Below, piece by piece: positions 7,099-17,228 of a stretch of 47,985 nucleotides of DNA. A program made the translations under genes and the position numbers. Positions within the stretch are counted from its first letter, which is position 1, and each line of letters begins with the position of its first letter. This DNA is from an uncultured Bacillota bacterium (GTDB taxonomy: Bacteria > Bacillota > Clostridia > Peptostreptococcales > Anaerovoracaceae), in assembly GCA_946410475.1 (NCBI GenBank), contig CAMKAM010000001.1:1-47985 (forward strand), in the 5' to 3' direction. The notes under the pieces were generated by a model. The model was not told the DNA's origin and searched no databases. It was given only the letters and a program-made list of their open reading frames with translations.

Positions 7099-7965
7099 AT
7101 GGAAATCAGGAATATCGAAACATTCGTGATGGCCGTTGAAAACAACAGCTTTTCAAAAGCTGCCGAGATCCTCGGCTACACCCAGTCGACCGTCACAGTC
7201 CACATAAAGCAGCTCGAAGACGAATTCGGAGTGCTCCTTTTCGAGAGGATCGGGAAAAGGATACATCTCACTGAAGAGGGGGCGAAATTCTATGACCAGG
7301 CTGTCCGTATAATAAAAGAAGTCAAAGACGCTGAGAGGCTCATGACCAGATCTTCAGAACCGAGCGGCGTCCTCCGCCTCGGCACTGTCGCTTCCCTGTC
7401 ATCGAGAAGGATACCCGGCCAGCTCCTGAGGCTCCATGAAAAGTATCCGCTGATCAAAGTCGTCCTCGACTCGGAGGATCCTCTTACCCTTCTCGAAAAA
7501 CTACGGCACAACGAACTCGACATTCTCTATATGACGAGCGATGAGATCTCCGGCGATGATCTCGTCTCCTGCTATGAGAAAAATGAGCCGCTCCATTTCG
7601 TAGCTTCCTCGAATCATCCTCTGGCAGACAAAAGGAACGTGACACTCGACGACATCCTATCCTGCGATCTCGTTCTGTCAGAAAGGAATCTCAGCATACT
7701 CAAAAAGATCACTGCGGACGAAAAAAAGATCGAGCCCTTCCTCATGACAGGAATGCTCAATCTCATCCTTGATACAGTCGCACACAGCAACGCGGTCTCC
7801 CTGCTTCCCGACTATGTCACCGAAGCGCCTATCAGATCGGGAAGCATCGTGAAGCTCCCGGTTGAAGGTATCAATGAACACTTGGAACTGAAAGTAGTTT
7901 ATCACAAAAATAAATGGGTCACACCTGAGATGGAAGCATATATATCCTTGTTCCCCTCGGAATGA
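7099..7965 (+). CDS. LysR-family transcriptional regulator
   Basis: N-terminal wHTH MEIRNIETFVMAVENNSFSKAAEILGYTQSTVTVHIKQLEDEFGVLLFER. It is 288 aa long and divergent from a transporter gene. Confidence 0.9.
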   Translation: MEIRNIETFVMAVENNSFSKAAEILGYTQSTVTVHIKQLEDEFGVLLFERIGKRIHLTEEGAKFYDQAVRIIKEVKDAERLMTRSSEPSGVLRLGTVASLSSRRIPGQLLRLHEKYPLIKVVLDSEDPLTLLEKLRHNELDILYMTSDEISGDDLVSCYEKNEPLHFVASSNHPLADKRNVTLDDILSCDLVLSERNLSILKKITADEKKIEPFLMTGMLNLILDTVAHSNAVSLLPDYVTEAPIRSGSIVKLPVEGINEHLELKVVYHKNKWVTPEMEAYISLFPSE

Positions 7966-8020
7966 CCCACCGGCGCAAACACTTGCGCCTACTTATCCAT
8001 CGCCTATTTGCGATGAACGA

Positions 8021-8680
8021 TTATTCGCTCTTCTCCGGCCTGATATAGCCGTATCCGCCGTCCCGTTTCTGTGTCCTGAACAGGTATTTCTCACAGCCGC
8101 GCGGCACCAGAAAAACGATCTTTCCCTTGTAGTGATCTGGCAGATAAAAATCATAGCCCTGAGGCACGCTTCCTATCTGTTCCGTCGTAGTAAGGCCGGT
8201 ATAGTCCGTACCTTCAAAGACGATCTTCTCTTCTCCGTCTTCACCAACTATATCGAACGGCACCGTCACATCCGTTATCCCGAACTCCCCTTGCGGAAAA
8301 TCTTTTGCGAATGCGACTTCGTACTCCGCTGCCGCGAAACTCACTTTGTCGTTTCCGTTTTCTGTGCTCACCTGTTCGTTCGTTCCGGACATGTTGTAGT
8401 CCTCCACCATGGCTTTGGCTTCGTCCTCATCAGTGATCACCTTCGTTATCCTGACCTTTGCGTTATGATCTTTTTTATCTGCTTCGGCTTTCTTGGAGAT
8501 CTTTACCCAGTCGCCGACGAACACCGCGCCATCTACTACATCTGTAGAATCATTTTTAGATGCGCTCTCCTCCGCCGTGCCGTCATCTCCATTTTGGCAT
8601 GCACAGAGCATCGACATGATCAGCGCAAGGATCATGCACAGGCATAGAGCCCGGGATCTTCCTTTTTTCTTTTCAAACAT
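8021..8680 (-). CDS. Lipoprotein of unknown function
   Basis: MFEKKKGRSRALCLCMILALIMSMLCAC is a signal peptide with a lipobox-like L-C-A-C. The mature part is acidic and beta-rich. AGAGGAAG SD upstream. Confidence 0.7.
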   Translation of the reverse strand: MFEKKKGRSRALCLCMILALIMSMLCACQNGDDGTAEESASKNDSTDVVDGAVFVGDWVKISKKAEADKKDHNAKVRITKVITDEDEAKAMVEDYNMSGTNEQVSTENGNDKVSFAAAEYEVAFAKDFPQGEFGITDVTVPFDIVGEDGEEKIVFEGTDYTGLTTTEQIGSVPQGYDFYLPDHYKGKIVFLVPRGCEKYLFRTQKRDGGYGYIRPEKSE

Positions 8681-8797
8681 CCTGCTTCCTCTTTTCTGTC
8701 GATCACTATCGACGATCTCTTTGCTGACAGTTTCTTATATAAGATATAAGACCCGCGTGGAACGATCGCAGGTCTTTGCTTCCATTTATTTCCATTT

Positions 8798-8813
8798 TGT
8801 TCCACATGGAACA
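8798..8813. other. Degenerate parS-like site (14/16 match)
   Basis: TGTTCCACATGGAACA versus consensus TGTTNCACGTGAAACA. It has 7-bp perfect arms TGTTCCA/TGGAACA and directly abuts the parB stop codon (8814). Confidence 0.45.
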
Positions 8814-9698
8814 TCATGATCTCAGGAGATCTATCAGCCTCTCGAGTTCGTCTCTTCCGTAATACTCGATCTCTATCTTGCCGCGTTTTGCTCCGAGCAC
8901 CAGATTGACTTTTGTTCCGAGCTTCTCTTTCAGTTCGTTTTCGATCTGCACTACGTCAGCGTTCTTCTTTGCCGACCGGCCGCGGTGTTTTTTCGCCTTC
9001 TCCTTATCTCCGGATGCCAGCGCTTCGGCCGCCCTGACAGAAAGATCTTCCTTCGCGATCTTTTCAGCAAGCGCGATCTGTTCTTTCTTCGTCTTCAGCG
9101 AAAGGATCGCTTTTCCGTGACCGCTGGTCAGCTTTCCTTCGCTCATCATCTGCCTGATCTCCTCAGGAAGCTTCAGCAGTCTCAGCGAATTCGTTATATA
9201 CGGCCTGCTCTTGCTCACGCTCTTTGACACCTGCTCCTGCGTCAGACCGTAAGTCTTGATCATATTGTTCAGACCTTCCGCCTCTTCTATGGGGTCGAGA
9301 TCTCTTCGCTGCATGTTCTCGATTATCGCGAACAGCATCGTCTCTTCATCTGTCAGATCACGTACGAGACAGGGGACAGTCTTCAGTCCCGCTTTGCGCG
9401 AAGCGCGCCAGCGCCTTTCACCTGCTACGATCTCATATCCGCCGCCCGATCTCCTTACGATTATCGGCTGGATCAATCCGTGCTGCTCTATCGAACCTGC
9501 CAGTTCATCGAGAGCCTCCTCGTCGAAGACTTTTCTCGGCTGCGAAGCGTTAGGTTTGATATCGTCTATGGATATCTCCTCTGCGCCGCCGGCTGCTGCG
9601 GTATTGTCTGACGGTTTTTCTTCAGTTCCTATTCCCAGTTCTCCGAACAGAGCGTCGAGGCCTTTTCCCAGACCCGTATTCTTCTTTCTCTCTGCCAT
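8814..9698 (-). CDS. parB: Chromosome partitioning protein ParB/Spo0J
   Basis: I moved the start to ATG 9698 (MAERKKNTGLGKGLDALF...), preceded by a GAGGAG SD. Motifs seen: ParB box GERRWRA and HTH TQEQVSKSVSKSRPYITNSLRLL. The track's longer ORF (to 9812) would overlap parA. Confidence 0.92.
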   Translation of the reverse strand: MAERKKNTGLGKGLDALFGELGIGTEEKPSDNTAAAGGAEEISIDDIKPNASQPRKVFDEEALDELAGSIEQHGLIQPIIVRRSGGGYEIVAGERRWRASRKAGLKTVPCLVRDLTDEETMLFAIIENMQRRDLDPIEEAEGLNNMIKTYGLTQEQVSKSVSKSRPYITNSLRLLKLPEEIRQMMSEGKLTSGHGKAILSLKTKKEQIALAEKIAKEDLSVRAAEALASGDKEKAKKHRGRSAKKNADVVQIENELKEKLGTKVNLVLGAKRGKIEIEYYGRDELERLIDLLRS

Positions 9699-9702
9699 AT
9701 CT

Positions 9703-10470
9703 CTACTCCTCAAGTTCCAGGAACTCTTCCGCAAATTCCGAATAAGCCTCGGCTCCTTTCGAATGCGGATCGTACTGAACGATAGGCATTCCGTAACTTG
9801 GAGCCTCTGCAAGTCTTACGTTCCTCGGGATGACTGTCGTATAGACTTTCTCACGGAAATACTTCTTGACTTCTTCCACCACCTGGATCGACAGGTTCGT
9901 TCTTCCGTCGAACATGCTCAGTATTACGCCTTCGATCTCAAGATCCGGATTCATGTTCTTCTTTACGATCTCTATCGTGCTCATCAGCTGGCTTACACCT
10001 TCAAGAGCATAGTATTCACACTGGATCGGTATCAGGACTGAATCAACTGCAGTCAGAGAGTTGATCGTCAGAAGACCGAGGGAAGGGGGACAGTCTATAA
10101 ATATGTAGTCATACTTTTCCTTCACCGGCGCGAGAGCTGTCTTAAGTCTGCTCTCACGTCTTTCCAGTCTTACGAGTTCGACCTCTGCTCCTGCCAGCTG
10201 CACGCTGCCCGGGATCAGATCAAGTCCTTCTACCGTCGTCGGGATAATAGCATCTTCCGTGTTTATGCTCGTATCCGTCAGAAGATCATATGTCGTCAGT
10301 CCCGTATTCTGCTTTGAAACGCCGAGTCCGCTCGTCGTATTTCCCTGCGGGTCTATGTCGAGAACGAGGATCTTCTTTCCCCGAACCGCAAGGCATGCCG
10401 CAAGGTTGATATTAGTGGTCGTTTTACCGACTCCGCCTTTCTGGTTGAATATAGCTATTGCTTTTCCCAA
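9703..10470 (-). CDS. parA: Chromosome partitioning ATPase ParA/Soj
   Basis: Deviant Walker A NQKGGVGKTTT, followed by LVLDIDPQGN; 255 aa. Confidence 0.93.
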   Translation of the reverse strand: MGKAIAIFNQKGGVGKTTTNINLAACLAVRGKKILVLDIDPQGNTTSGLGVSKQNTGLTTYDLLTDTSINTEDAIIPTTVEGLDLIPGSVQLAGAEVELVRLERRESRLKTALAPVKEKYDYIFIDCPPSLGLLTINSLTAVDSVLIPIQCEYYALEGVSQLMSTIEIVKKNMNPDLEIEGVILSMFDGRTNLSIQVVEEVKKYFREKVYTTVIPRNVRLAEAPSYGMPIVQYDPHSKGAEAYSEFAEEFLELEE

Positions 10471-10561
10471 TGCTGTTTCCTCCTGCGCTTTTGATGCGCT
10501 GTTTCAGGTCGTTATCATTTTTCGTTTCTGTTATTATATATCATTTGCACATAAGATTCTA

Positions 10562-10596
10562 CCGAAAACAAAAGAATGTTCCACGTGAAACATTCT
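10562..10596 (-). terminator. rsmG terminator built from the parS palindrome
   Basis: The minus-strand RNA immediately after the rsmG UAA reads AGAAUGUUUCAC/GUGGAACAUUCU. It is fully paired on this strand via one U.G pair and is followed by UUUGUUUU. Confidence 0.55.
10577..10592. other. parS centromere site (perfect consensus)
   Basis: TGTTCCACGTGAAACA matches the Firmicutes parS consensus at 16/16 positions. It is embedded in a 24-nt palindrome at 10573-10596. Confidence 0.85.
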
Positions 10597-11337
10597 TTAC
10601 CTGATCGGTTTTTTTGACGGCTTTCCTGCAGGGCGCGGATACTTGTCCGGCGTTGCCTTTTTCTTCATTATATATATACTCGCTCCGCCGTTCCCGTCTT
10701 GCCCCGAGCCTTCGGAGCCCGGGCCGGCCGCCGCCCCGTTTTCATATACCAGGTGGTCCGTTTCGCCTCCCAGCACCTCTATCGCTTTCGCTGCCTTTTC
10801 GAGTTCTTCTGCAAATCCTTTTCCTTTGACCGCTATGAAGCACCCGCCTTCGCGCACGAAGGGAAGACAATATTCCGAAAGGACATTCAGTTCTGCGACA
10901 GCTCTTGAGATGCATATGTCGAAGCTCTCCCTGAATTCTTCATCCCGTGCCGCTTCCTCGGCCCGCGCATGGACGCATGTCACATTGTCTATTCCAAGAT
11001 CATCGCAGATCCCTCTGACAAGATCCATCCTCTTCGCCAGAGAATCCAGGAGCACCACTTCCTTATCAGGGAAGGCGATCGCGATCGGAACGCCGGGGAA
11101 GCCAGCTCCGCTGCCCACATCAATTATCCTCTCTGCGCCTTGGAATACCAAGTCGGAGCATGGGATAAGCGACTCGGCGAAATGCCTCTTTTCAAATTCT
11201 TCCGGATCGGTTATCCTGGTCAGGTTTATGCTCTTGTTGGCCTCCAGTATCGCCTTGCGATATCCCTCGAATCGAGCAAGTTTACCTTCGATGTCATTAC
11301 ATCCAATATTTTCCAGTTGTTCACGGAGTGTTTTCAT
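10597..11337 (-). CDS. rsmG: 16S rRNA (guanine527-N7)-methyltransferase RsmG (GidB)
   Basis: SAM motif IIDVGSGAGFPGVPIAI, C-terminal KKKATPDKYPRPAGKPSKKPI, and the conserved position after mnmG. Confidence 0.9.
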   Translation of the reverse strand: MKTLREQLENIGCNDIEGKLARFEGYRKAILEANKSINLTRITDPEEFEKRHFAESLIPCSDLVFQGAERIIDVGSGAGFPGVPIAIAFPDKEVVLLDSLAKRMDLVRGICDDLGIDNVTCVHARAEEAARDEEFRESFDICISRAVAELNVLSEYCLPFVREGGCFIAVKGKGFAEELEKAAKAIEVLGGETDHLVYENGAAAGPGSEGSGQDGNGGASIYIMKKKATPDKYPRPAGKPSKKPIR

Positions 11338-11367
11338 TACTCTTTCCTTTGATACAGTCTCTGCGCC

Positions 11368-13257
11368 TTACCTCGACCTTCTCATTCTTTCAAGATGTAT
11401 GAGAAGAACGTTGATATCAGCAGGAGAGACGCCTGATATCCTGCCGGCCTGACCAAGCGTGTCCGGTCTCATAGCCGCCAATTTCTGTCTCGCCTCTATC
11501 CTCAGACCATCGATATTCTCATAATCAAGGTCTTCCGGAAGCGCTCTTTCTTCCATCCGCTTGAACTTGTCTACGCGCTGCTGCTGCTTTTCGATATATC
11601 CGCTGTACTTGATCCCGACTTCTACGCGGGTCTTTATCCTTGGCGGAAGTTCCTCGCGCGCCGGATCTGCCGGGGCGAGATCCTCATATCCGACCTGTGG
11701 CCGCCTCATCAGATCCGCAAGGCTCACGGAGCCGGAGATAGGCGTGCTTCCGCAGGCTTCAAGTATCGGATTGACCGCGGCAGGGGAGACCTTCGTAGTC
11801 TCCAGTCTTTCAGTCTCTTTTTCGGTCATCTCCTTCATGGCAAGATATCTGTCATAACGCTCTTTTGAGGCCAGTCCGATGCGGTAAGACTTCTCTGTAA
11901 GGCGCTCATCTGCGTTGTCCTGCCTCAGAAGGAGCCTATATTCCGCTCTGGACGTCATTATTCTGTAAGGCTCATTAGTACCTTTGAGTACCAAATCGTC
12001 GATCAGAACGCCAATATAAGCCTCGTTTCTTCCGAGAACGAACGATTTTTCGTGTTTTAGAGCAAGAACGGCGTTTATTCCCGCCATGAGACCCTGGGCT
12101 GCAGCCTCCTCATAACCGGAGCTTCCGTTGAATTGACCGGCGCAAAACAGCCCTCTGATCTCTCTGTACTCCAGATTCGTTTTCAGAGCGGTCGGGTCGA
12201 TGCAGTCATATTCGATAGCATACCCCGGCCTGGTTATCTTTATGTTCTCAAGACCCTCGATGGTCCTGTAAAATTCTTCCTGCACATCTTCCGGAAGGGA
12301 GGTCGACATACCCTGGATGTACATCTCCTCAGTATGCAGACCTTCGGGCTCGACGAAGAGCTGGTGTCTTTTTCTGTCAGCAAATCTCTTTACCTTATCT
12401 TCGATCGAAGGGCAGTACCGGGGACCTGTTCCGACGATCTTTCCTCCGAAGAGGGCAGATCTCGAAAAGTTGTTCCTTATCACGGTATGTGTTTCTTCAT
12501 TTGTATATGTAAGCCAGCAGTCCTCCTGATCCTTCGAAAGGGAATCGGTCATGAAAGAGAAGGGCGATATCGTTTCATCGCCCGCCTGTTTCTGCATCTT
12601 CGAATAGTCGAGAGATGAAGCGAGAGCTCTCGCAGGCGTTCCCGTTTTGAACCTTCTCATCGGAAGACCTCTTTTCCTCAGGTTCTCCGCAAGCACAGTA
12701 GCAGGGGACATACCGCTCGGGCCGCTTTCATATACGCTTTCCCCTATGAAAATCTTTCCGCCCAGAAATGTTCCTGTACAGAGGATGACCGCCCGCGCTC
12801 TGTATATGGCTCCGGTCCTGAGAAGGACTCCGCCGATCTCGTCCGCACCGTCTTCGTTTTTTTCAACTATTATATCTACGACTTCGCCCTGCTTCAGGTC
12901 GAGGCCGTCCTGCTGCTCGAGAGTCCTTTTCATCTCGAGATGATACTCGGTCTTGTCGGCCTGCGCTCTGAGCGAATGGACCGCCGGGCCCTTCGCTGTA
13001 TTGAGCATCCTCGACTGGATAAAAGTCTTATCGATATTGATGCCCATCTGTCCGCCGAGCGCATCTATCTCGTGGACCAGGTGACCTTTTCCCGTGCCTC
13101 CGATCGCCGGATTGCACGGCATCATCGCGACCGATGAAAGATCGGTCGCAAGGATAAGAGTGCTCATACCCATGCGCGCGGAAGCGAGCGCAGCCTCACA
13201 TCCGGCGTGGCCTGCGCCGACGACTACTATATCGTATTTTCCCATTTCATAACTCAT
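11368..13257 (-). CDS. mnmG: tRNA uridine 5-carboxymethylaminomethyl modification enzyme MnmG (GidA)
   Basis: FAD motif [16 protein letters not shown]; ~630 aa. I placed the start at ATG 13257 (MSYEMGKYD...) so that it does not overlap mnmE. The track ORF extends to 13299. Confidence 0.92.
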   Translation of the reverse strand: MSYEMGKYDIVVVGAGHAGCEAALASARMGMSTLILATDLSSVAMMPCNPAIGGTGKGHLVHEIDALGGQMGINIDKTFIQSRMLNTAKGPAVHSLRAQADKTEYHLEMKRTLEQQDGLDLKQGEVVDIIVEKNEDGADEIGGVLLRTGAIYRARAVILCTGTFLGGKIFIGESVYESGPSGMSPATVLAENLRKRGLPMRRFKTGTPARALASSLDYSKMQKQAGDETISPFSFMTDSLSKDQEDCWLTYTNEETHTVIRNNFSRSALFGGKIVGTGPRYCPSIEDKVKRFADRKRHQLFVEPEGLHTEEMYIQGMSTSLPEDVQEEFYRTIEGLENIKITRPGYAIEYDCIDPTALKTNLEYREIRGLFCAGQFNGSSGYEEAAAQGLMAGINAVLALKHEKSFVLGRNEAYIGVLIDDLVLKGTNEPYRIMTSRAEYRLLLRQDNADERLTEKSYRIGLASKERYDRYLAMKEMTEKETERLETTKVSPAAVNPILEACGSTPISGSVSLADLMRRPQVGYEDLAPADPAREELPPRIKTRVEVGIKYSGYIEKQQQRVDKFKRMEERALPEDLDYENIDGLRIEARQKLAAMRPDTLGQAGRISGVSPADINVLLIHLERMRRSR

Positions 13258-13264
13258 CAGGGAC

Positions 13265-14644
13265 CTACTTTCCGAGACAGAATCTCGCAAAAACTTCATC
13301 TATTATATCGCCTGTAGCTTCTTCACCGATTATCTCGCCCAGATACTGACGGGATTGATCGATATCTATCTCTATCACTTCAAGAGGCTCTGAAAGCCTT
13401 GTCATTGCTATCGCATCGCCTAATTGCGATGAAGCCCTGCGGAGCAGATCCGCATGTCTGGCGTTCGTGACGACGAGGCTTTCCGACTGTTTTACGTCGC
13501 CTTGCATCACCATATCATATACCGCGTCCTCGACTGCTCCTGCGTCCGCTCCATGGCCGAGCGACGTCTCACAGATTACGCATCCGGGGAACCTGTTTTC
13601 TATCTTTTCTCTGCTTACAACAGTGCCGAGATCCTGTTTGTTGAGAAGGATCAAAAGCTTCTTTCCGGCTATGACCGACATGATCTCCTCGTCCTCTTCG
13701 TCGAGATCACGCGAGGCGTCGATCATGAAAATGACGAGGTCGGCCCGGTTGAAACTATCCTTGCTCTTCTCAATACCGATCCTCTCTATCTCATCAGACG
13801 CATCTCTGATACCGGCGGTGTCAGTTATGCGAAGGGGTATGCCGCGAAGATCATAGCTCTCTTCGATCGTGTCCCTCGTAGTACCCGGAACGGACGTCAC
13901 TATCGCTCTGGATTCTCCGAGGAGGGCATTCATCAGAGATGACTTTCCGACATTCGGCTTTCCGATGATGCTCACCTTCAGTCCCTCTTTGATGAGTCGG
14001 CCTGTATCCTGTGAAGCGGCAAGGGCGTCGACTTTTTCCTTCGCCCGTGTGAGTGCCTTCTCCATCTTTTCATAGACCAGCACCTCGATGTCCTCATCCG
14101 GATAGTCGATATTGACAGCTATGTCCACGAGTATATCGAGGATTTCGTTCATGATCTCTCTTATCTTTTCCGAGAAAGATCCGTCGAGCTGCTTCATGGC
14201 AACATCGAAACCGAGATCCGTCTTCGCTCTTATGACATCGATGACGGCTTCGGCCTGCGAAAGGTCGATCCTCCCTCCGAGAAAAGCTCTTTTCGTGAAC
14301 TCTCCGCGCTCGGCAGGGCGGGCGCCCATCTTGTAGCAAAGCTCGAGTATCCGCCTCAGGCTGACGACGCTGCCGTGGCAGTCGATCTCAACGACGTCTT
14401 CCGTTGTGTATGTATGAGGCGCTGGCATGAAAACAGAGAGGACCTCGTCGATGACCTCTTCTGTTTCGGGATCCCTTATACTTCCGTATGTAAGCATCCT
14501 GCTCACGATCTCTTTTCCGGAAGCGGGAACGAAGATCTCAGAAAAGATCCTTCCGGCTTCCTCACCTGACATCCTCACTATGCCGATCCCGCCTTCACCG
14601 AAAGCGGTCGATATCGCAGCTATAGTATCTTCTTTTATCGCCAT
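13265..14644 (-). CDS. mnmE: tRNA modification GTPase MnmE (TrmE)
   Basis: N-terminal [23 protein letters not shown]1 motif [10 protein letters not shown]3 motif DTAG, C-terminal FCLGK tetrapeptide motif. Confidence 0.93.
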   Translation of the reverse strand: MAIKEDTIAAISTAFGEGGIGIVRMSGEEAGRIFSEIFVPASGKEIVSRMLTYGSIRDPETEEVIDEVLSVFMPAPHTYTTEDVVEIDCHGSVVSLRRILELCYKMGARPAERGEFTKRAFLGGRIDLSQAEAVIDVIRAKTDLGFDVAMKQLDGSFSEKIREIMNEILDILVDIAVNIDYPDEDIEVLVYEKMEKALTRAKEKVDALAASQDTGRLIKEGLKVSIIGKPNVGKSSLMNALLGESRAIVTSVPGTTRDTIEESYDLRGIPLRITDTAGIRDASDEIERIGIEKSKDSFNRADLVIFMIDASRDLDEEDEEIMSVIAGKKLLILLNKQDLGTVVSREKIENRFPGCVICETSLGHGADAGAVEDAVYDMVMQGDVKQSESLVVTNARHADLLRRASSQLGDAIAMTRLSEPLEVIEIDIDQSRQYLGEIIGEEATGDIIDEVFARFCLGK

Positions 14645-14681
14645 TTGCCTGTTCCTGAAATTTAGCTAAATGCTAAAACAT

Positions 14682-14705
14682 GAGGCCCGATCAAGATCGG
14701 GCCTC
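14682..14705. terminator. Strong hairpin between jag and mnmE (possible attenuator/terminator)
   Basis: GAGGCCCGATC-AA-GATCGGGCCTC forms an 11-bp stem. The minus-strand version is followed by AUGUUUUAG and the plus-strand version by CUUUUGAUU. Confidence 0.5.
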
Positions 14706-14712
14706 CTTTTGA

Positions 14713-15486
14713 TTACTTAAGTTCGATTATCACTCTGCGGTAGGGCTCTTCGCCTTCGCTTCTCGTCTTGACCCTCTTGTTGTTATGAAGGGCGGCGTGT
14801 ATTACCATCCTCTCATACGGGTTCATCGGTTCGAGCCTTACGCTCTTCTTCGTGCGGATGACTTTTCCCGCAAGTCTGTCAGCAAGCTGCTGCAGAGTCT
14901 TCTCTCTCCTGGATCTGTAGTTTTCAGCATCGAGGATGACTCTTATGTAGTTCTCGCTGTTCTTGTTGACCACGAGTGATGTGAGGTACTGGATAGCATC
15001 GAGAGTCTGTCCGCGCTTTCCGATGATGCTTCCCGCATCTTTACCTTCGATATCTACATATATATTCTCATCGTTTACCGATGCTTTGAAGCTGAGTTCA
15101 AGACCCATGTCCTCAGTAGTCTTCTTGAGGAAGTCGAGCGCTTTGTGATCTTCTACTTCTACGAGATCGTCCGGTCTCTGAGCGATGATCGATTTTTTCG
15201 GCGTTTTCTTTTCTGCGCCTTTTTCTTTCTTTTCGCTTACTGCTGCCGGCTTCTCTTCCTTTTCCTCTTTCTCTTCAACTGCTGCGACCGGTTCGGGATC
15301 TTCCGCTTTTTCTTCTTCTTTTATAGTGACGCGGACTTTAGCGAGCTTTGAACCGAGGCCGAGGAAGCCTTTAGAAGGCTCTTCGAGGACTTTGACTTCG
15401 ACTTCGTCCCTTGAGACTTTGAGATCTCTGAGAGCCAGAGCGACAGCTTCTTCTATGTCATTTCCGTATTTCTCAGAAAAATTCAT
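14713..15486 (-). CDS. jag: RNA-binding protein Jag/KhpB (Jag_N + KH + R3H)
   Basis: N-terminal DIEEAVALALRDLKVSRDEVEVKVLEEPSKGFLGLG, an acidic/lysine linker, KH GKRGQTLDAIQYL, and R3H EPMNPYERMVIHAAL. Its start makes an ATGA overlap with the yidC stop. Confidence 0.9.
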   Translation of the reverse strand: MNFSEKYGNDIEEAVALALRDLKVSRDEVEVKVLEEPSKGFLGLGSKLAKVRVTIKEEEKAEDPEPVAAVEEKEEKEEKPAAVSEKKEKGAEKKTPKKSIIAQRPDDLVEVEDHKALDFLKKTTEDMGLELSFKASVNDENIYVDIEGKDAGSIIGKRGQTLDAIQYLTSLVVNKNSENYIRVILDAENYRSRREKTLQQLADRLAGKVIRTKKSVRLEPMNPYERMVIHAALHNNKRVKTRSEGEEPYRRVIIELK

Positions 15487-16184
15487 TTCTTCTTCTTTCC
15501 TCCCTTTTTGTTGCCCTCCTGCGCTTTTTCGCGAACCTTTTTCATCCTGAGGTTATAGAATATCTGGATGAACTGGCTGAGGAACCAATAGATTGTAAGG
15601 CCTGACGGGAATGTTCTTCCCATCAGTACGATCATGATCGGGAAAACGTATTTCATCGACTTCATCATGTCGGCGGACTGACCTGCAGCAGCCGGCTGGT
15701 TCATCGAGAAAGATATGAATGTTGCTATACCGGCAAGTATCGGAAGTATCCACTTGTCAGGCTGGCTGAGGTCCGTCATCCACAGGAAAGACTCGTGGAC
15801 AGCGAACATCATGCTCTCACTCGAACCCATATAGAAAAGGGGGTTTCTGAGAAGGGCGAAGAGACCGAAGATGATCGGCATCTGTATAAGCATCGGCAGG
15901 CAGCCTCCCATCGGATTGATACCTTCTTCCCTATACAGGTCTGCCATCTTCTGGTTCATCATTTCCTTATCGTTGGCATACTTTTTCTGTATTTCCTGCA
16001 TCTTCGGCTGGACAGTACTCATGGCTGCAGTCGAAGAGATCTGTTTTGCATACAGAGGATAAAGTATGAGCTTAACGATGACCGTGAATACCACGATCGC
16101 AAGACCGTAGCTTCCGAGGATACCGTACAGCCAGCCGAGGAACATTCCAAGCGGCTTGGCTATGAATCCTATAATGGTGTTCAT
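15483..16184 (-). CDS. yidC: Membrane protein insertase YidC/SpoIIIJ
   Basis: YGLAIVVFTVIVKLILYPL, MQEIQKKY...DLYREEGINPMGGCLPMLIQMPI, and a basic C-terminal tail. GGAGG SD upstream. Confidence 0.92.
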   Translation of the reverse strand: MNTIIGFIAKPLGMFLGWLYGILGSYGLAIVVFTVIVKLILYPLYAKQISSTAAMSTVQPKMQEIQKKYANDKEMMNQKMADLYREEGINPMGGCLPMLIQMPIIFGLFALLRNPLFYMGSSESMMFAVHESFLWMTDLSQPDKWILPILAGIATFISFSMNQPAAAGQSADMMKSMKYVFPIMIVLMGRTFPSGLTIYWFLSQFIQIFYNLRMKKVREKAQEGNKKGGKKKK

Positions 16185-16199
16185 GTTTTTCCTCCAAAA

Positions 16200-16409
16200 T
16201 CACTTTAACGGATCGTATCCGCCGGGGTTGAATGGATGACATCTCAAAATACGTCTTATCCCAAGGTATGAACCTTTGAAGAATCCGTACTTTTCGAGTG
16301 CCTGTATGAAGTATGTAGAACATGTTGGATAGAATCTGCACGTTCTTGGCAGAAGCGGGGAAATGAACTTTTGATATCCTCTGATCATAAGGATCATTAT
16401 CTGTTTCAT
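16200..16409 (-). CDS. yidD: Membrane protein insertion efficiency factor YidD
   Basis: 69 aa, [22 protein letters not shown]...[13 protein letters not shown]. 4-nt overlap with rnpA. Confidence 0.9.
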   Translation of the reverse strand: MKQIMILMIRGYQKFISPLLPRTCRFYPTCSTYFIQALEKYGFFKGSYLGIRRILRCHPFNPGGYDPLK

Positions 16410-16753
16410 TTATTATTACTTCCCTTTAATTCTGTTCTTTTCAAAGTGGATCTTATAGATCCCGCCACGTCGCGGAGTTTCTTTCCTCCGATGGTATTTC
16501 TTGCTATGAAAATAATGTCATAACCTTGCGCCTTTATGTCGATCTCGGTCCTGACACTTTCTTTCATCAGCCTGCGGGCCCTGTTTCTGGCAACAGCATT
16601 CCCGACCTTCTTGCTGGCAAGGAAACCAAGTCTGTTATATTCGAGTCCGTTCTTTTTATAAAAGACGACTACATACTTTCCTGCTGCCGATTTTCCTTTA
16701 TTATAGACCGCGCCGAATTCTCTTTTTCCTCGCAGTACTTTAGGATCCAGCAT
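16406..16753 (-). CDS. rnpA: Ribonuclease P protein component
   Basis: 115 aa, basic, with the RNR motif [16 protein letters not shown] and the conserved position after rpmH. Confidence 0.9.
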   Translation of the reverse strand: MLDPKVLRGKREFGAVYNKGKSAAGKYVVVFYKKNGLEYNRLGFLASKKVGNAVARNRARRLMKESVRTEIDIKAQGYDIIFIARNTIGGKKLRDVAGSIRSTLKRTELKGSNNK

Positions 16754-16777
16754 ACTTCTTTACCCGGCTTGGATGAC

Positions 16778-16912
16778 CTAAGCGGAAAGCTTCTTTCTTC
16801 CTCTGCTTCTTCTTCTCTTAAGTACTTTTCTTCCGGCCGGAGTTCTCATTCTCTTTCTGAATCCGTGCTCTTTTTTTCTCTGTCTCTTTTTCGGCTGATA
16901 TGTTCTTTTCAT
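16778..16912 (-). CDS. rpmH: 50S ribosomal protein L34
   Basis: Not in the ORF track (44 aa). Minus-strand translation: [54 protein letters not shown] lies upstream. Confidence 0.93.
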   Translation of the reverse strand: MKRTYQPKKRQRKKEHGFRKRMRTPAGRKVLKRRRSRGRKKLSA

Positions 16913-16986
16913 TTCTTTTCCTCCTCTTTTCTGAAATAAGAGATCTGTGCCTTATCTCAATTCCACTCAGGCACATACGCTTAAAT

Positions 16987-17015
16987 AGTATAATGCCTCG
17001 CTTTTTCAGTGTCAA
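16987..17015 (-). promoter_or_regulatory. rpmH operon promoter
   Basis: Minus strand: TTGACA (17010-17015), 17-nt spacer, TATACT (16987-16992). Confidence 0.6.
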
Positions 17016-17093
17016 ATGAAAAAATCTTCATTTTTCCCGGCCTTCTTGCACCGCTTCCAACATATAGTGGTGTTGTGGAATGTGTTCATAAAC

Positions 17094-17179
17094 TTATCCA
17101 CACGTTGTTGATAAGTTTGCATTTTCGACCACTTTTCTGCCCTCTCTATCAAAAGAAATCAACTGTTGCTTGTGGATAA
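17094..17179. other. oriC left half: DnaA-box cluster upstream of dnaA
   Basis: Perfect TTATCCACA at 17094-17102. TGTTGATAA (1 mismatch, inverted) at 17106-17114. Perfect inverted box TGTGGATAA at 17171-17179. Confidence 0.8.
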
Positions 17180-17194
17180 CTTTTCTTTTATAAT
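17166..17194 (+). promoter_or_regulatory. dnaA promoter overlapped by a DnaA box (autoregulation)
   Basis: TTGCTT (17166-17171), 17-nt spacer containing the DnaA box at 17171-17179, TATAAT (17189-17194). Confidence 0.55.
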
Positions 17195-17228
17195 CTATTT
17201 ACAACATAAAAAAAGGTCCATAATCAAC

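Noticed and set aside
16818-17015. 65-aa minus-strand ORF (MTLKKRGIILFKRM...) in the rpmH region.
   Set aside because: It is in the wrong frame. The real gene is the 44-aa L34 ORF at 16778-16912, which has a strong SD and promoter. The track ORF runs through that promoter.
17166-17228. N-terminally extended ORF-track starts: dnaA 17166, parB 9812, mnmG 13299, anti-sigma 25549, AroK-like 28568, ferredoxin 33300, CoA-transferase 36008, rpsF 37545, PAP2 29972, DUF4430 lipoprotein 4764.
   Set aside because: The extensions overlap upstream genes, promoters or terminators and lack SD sequences. Internal ATGs with SDs restore the canonical N-termini of the families, or a proper signal peptide.
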